Shown here: positions 62,771 through 64,000 of the stretch, one piece after another | How positions within the stretch are numbered: the first letter of the stretch is position 1 | How the letters are laid out: each line of letters starts with the position of its first letter | From: an uncultured Clostridia bacterium | Lineage (GTDB): Bacteria > Bacillota > Clostridia > TANB77 > CAG-508 | Length of the DNA: 64,000 bases | Assembly (NCBI GenBank): GCA_963557965.1 | Contig: CAUWEX010000004.1 | Location: forward strand, 649 to 64,648 | Direction of reading: 5' to 3' | Position numbers and translations under genes: made by a program | The notes under the pieces: model-generated | Seen by the model: only the letters and a program-made list of their open reading frames with translations | Told to the model about the DNA's origin: nothing | Databases searched by the model: none

Positions 62771-64000
62771 AAAAGCATAGGACCGATATTAGTAACAGTT
62801 CCTGCTCCTACAGTAATAACAATATCATTTTTTTGTACATGAGATTTGATATAATCAACACACTCATCAAAATCAGGAATATATAAAACATCTTTTGCTA
62901 AAGGAGATAATTTATCTGCTAAATCTTTTGAAGAAATATTGTAAGTATTAGTTTCTCTAGCTGCATATATATCTAATATAATAACATGGTCAAAATCTTT
63001 TAAAGAATCAGCAAAATCATCTAACAATAATTTTGTTCTACTATAAGTATGAGGTTGGAAGATTGCCCATGACTCATTATACTTTTTATTTTTAAGTGAA
63101 TTGTAAGTTGCTTTAATTTCTGTTGGATGGTGTGCATAGTCGTCATATACACTAACTTGGTTATTTAGTAATTTTCCTTTAAATTCAAATCTTCTATGAG
63201 CACCTGTAAATTTGATTAATGAATTTTGAATATCTTTTTTCTCGATACCATATTCTGTGCAGATTGCAACACAAGATAGTGAATTTAAAATATTGTGAAT
63301 GCCAGGAACTGATAGAGTAAGAGTCATAAAGAACTCTCCACGATAGAACACGTCAAATTCAGGAAATCCATCGTTGTCAAATACAATATTTTTGGCAACA
63401 AAATCAGCATTTTCGTTTTCAATTCCGTATGTAACTATTTTAGCATTTGTATGTTCTTTTAAATCTAAGCAGTTTTGATCATCTGCATTTAAAATTAATA
63501 AACCATCATCAGGCAATAATTTGACATACTTAATAAAAGCACTTTTTATATTGTCAAAACTTTTAAAATAATCCAAATGATCATTATCAATATCAAGGAT
63601 AATTTCTGCTTTTGGACTAAATTTTAAAAAGCTTTCAACATATTCACATGCTTCAATTATAAAATGTTCACTATTTCCAACACGATAATTTCCATTTAAT
63701 TGTTTTAACATAGCTCCAACTTGAATGCTTGGATCTGTTAATGCATCCATAAAACAAAGTGAAACCATGGATGTTGTAGTAGTTTTTCCATGTGTTCCTG
63801 AAATACAGATAGTATCTTTATAACAACGAGTAATTTCTCCTAAAAAATCAGCTCTTTCAATTGTAGGAATATTAAGCCTTTTAGCTTCTAACATTTCTGG
63901 GTCAGTTGATTTTATAGCTGCTGAATAAACAACTACATCAGAATTTGCTACATCTTCTAAACTATGACCTATAACAACTTTAATTCCTTTAGTTCTTAAT
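62764..64000 (-). CDS. murC: UDP-N-acetylmuramate--L-alanine ligase MurC (5' end beyond the window)
   Basis: ISGTHGKTTTTSM Mur ligase P-loop and DDYAHHPTEI. The reading frame stays open upstream of the track start (…IKVVIGHSLEDVANSDVVVYSAAIKSTDPEMLEAKR) to the window edge. Confidence 0.92.
   Translation of the reverse strand, partial: LRTKGIKVVIGHSLEDVANSDVVVYSAAIKSTDPEMLEAKRLNIPTIERADFLGEITRCYKDTICISGTHGKTTTTSMVSLCFMDALTDPSIQVGAMLKQLNGNYRVGNSEHFIIEACEYVESFLKFSPKAEIILDIDNDHLDYFKSFDNIKSAFIKYVKLLPDDGLLILNADDQNCLDLKEHTNAKIVTYGIENENADFVAKNIVFDNDGFPEFDVFYRGEFFMTLTLSVPGIHNILNSLSCVAICTEYGIEKKDIQNSLIKFTGAHRRFEFKGKLLNNQVSVYDDYAHHPTEIKATYNSLKNKKYNESWAIFQPHTYSRTKLLLDDFADSLKDFDHVIILDIYAARETNTYNISSKDLADKLSPLAKDVLYIPDFDECVDYIKSHVQKNDIVITVGAGTVTNIGPMLLK

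Overview
Segment of a very AT-rich, endospore-forming Firmicute chromosome (Clostridia-like: whiA, sasP, spoIVB, T-box-controlled pheST). Most of it is syntenic housekeeping DNA: prmC, whiA, hemW, recN, eno, pheST, ylxM-ffh-rpsP-khpA-rimM-trmD-rplS, lysS, tsaD, recG, rlmD, era-yqzL-recO, hpf and murC. Two accessory blocks stand out. (1) A ~13.8 kb integrative mobilizable element sits in tRNA-Leu(UAG), bounded by 193-bp direct repeats (27989-28181 and 41625-41817). It carries int/xis and Tn916-like regulators, a MobV relaxase with a candidate oriT, an intact IS3-family IS, a par/Fst-like type I toxin locus split by that IS, ParE and HEPN/MNT cassettes separated by a repeated promoter-bearing unit, and a receiver-less Spo0A DNA-binding domain protein. 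It also carries a complete diversity-generating retroelement (DGR). The DGR has a 117-bp VR/TR pair with 22 mismatches, all at TR adenines. Its target is a pilin-like C-type-lectin protein, it has MutS-domain-I-like and Avd accessory genes, and its RT is encoded convergently on the opposite strand. (2) A 12-gene Tad-like type IV filament locus (49403-61293) lies just upstream of spoIVB. It encodes CpaB-like, two TadZ-like, a membrane-anchored CpaF-like ATPase and a TadB/C-like platform protein, but no Flp pilin or prepilin peptidase. Instead it has a paralogous family of small proteins with a conserved MENASKAL N-terminus. Smaller oddities include a LysRS fused to a MetRS-type tRNA-binding domain with foreign codon usage, single-base frameshifts in fic and recO, a GC-rich Nudix islet, an L19 with an acidic tail, LexA-like boxes at recN and a DUF45 gene, and a REP-like ~30-nt motif in inverted pairs at gene ends. 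All calls come from reading the sequence and the ORF translations; no database searches were run.
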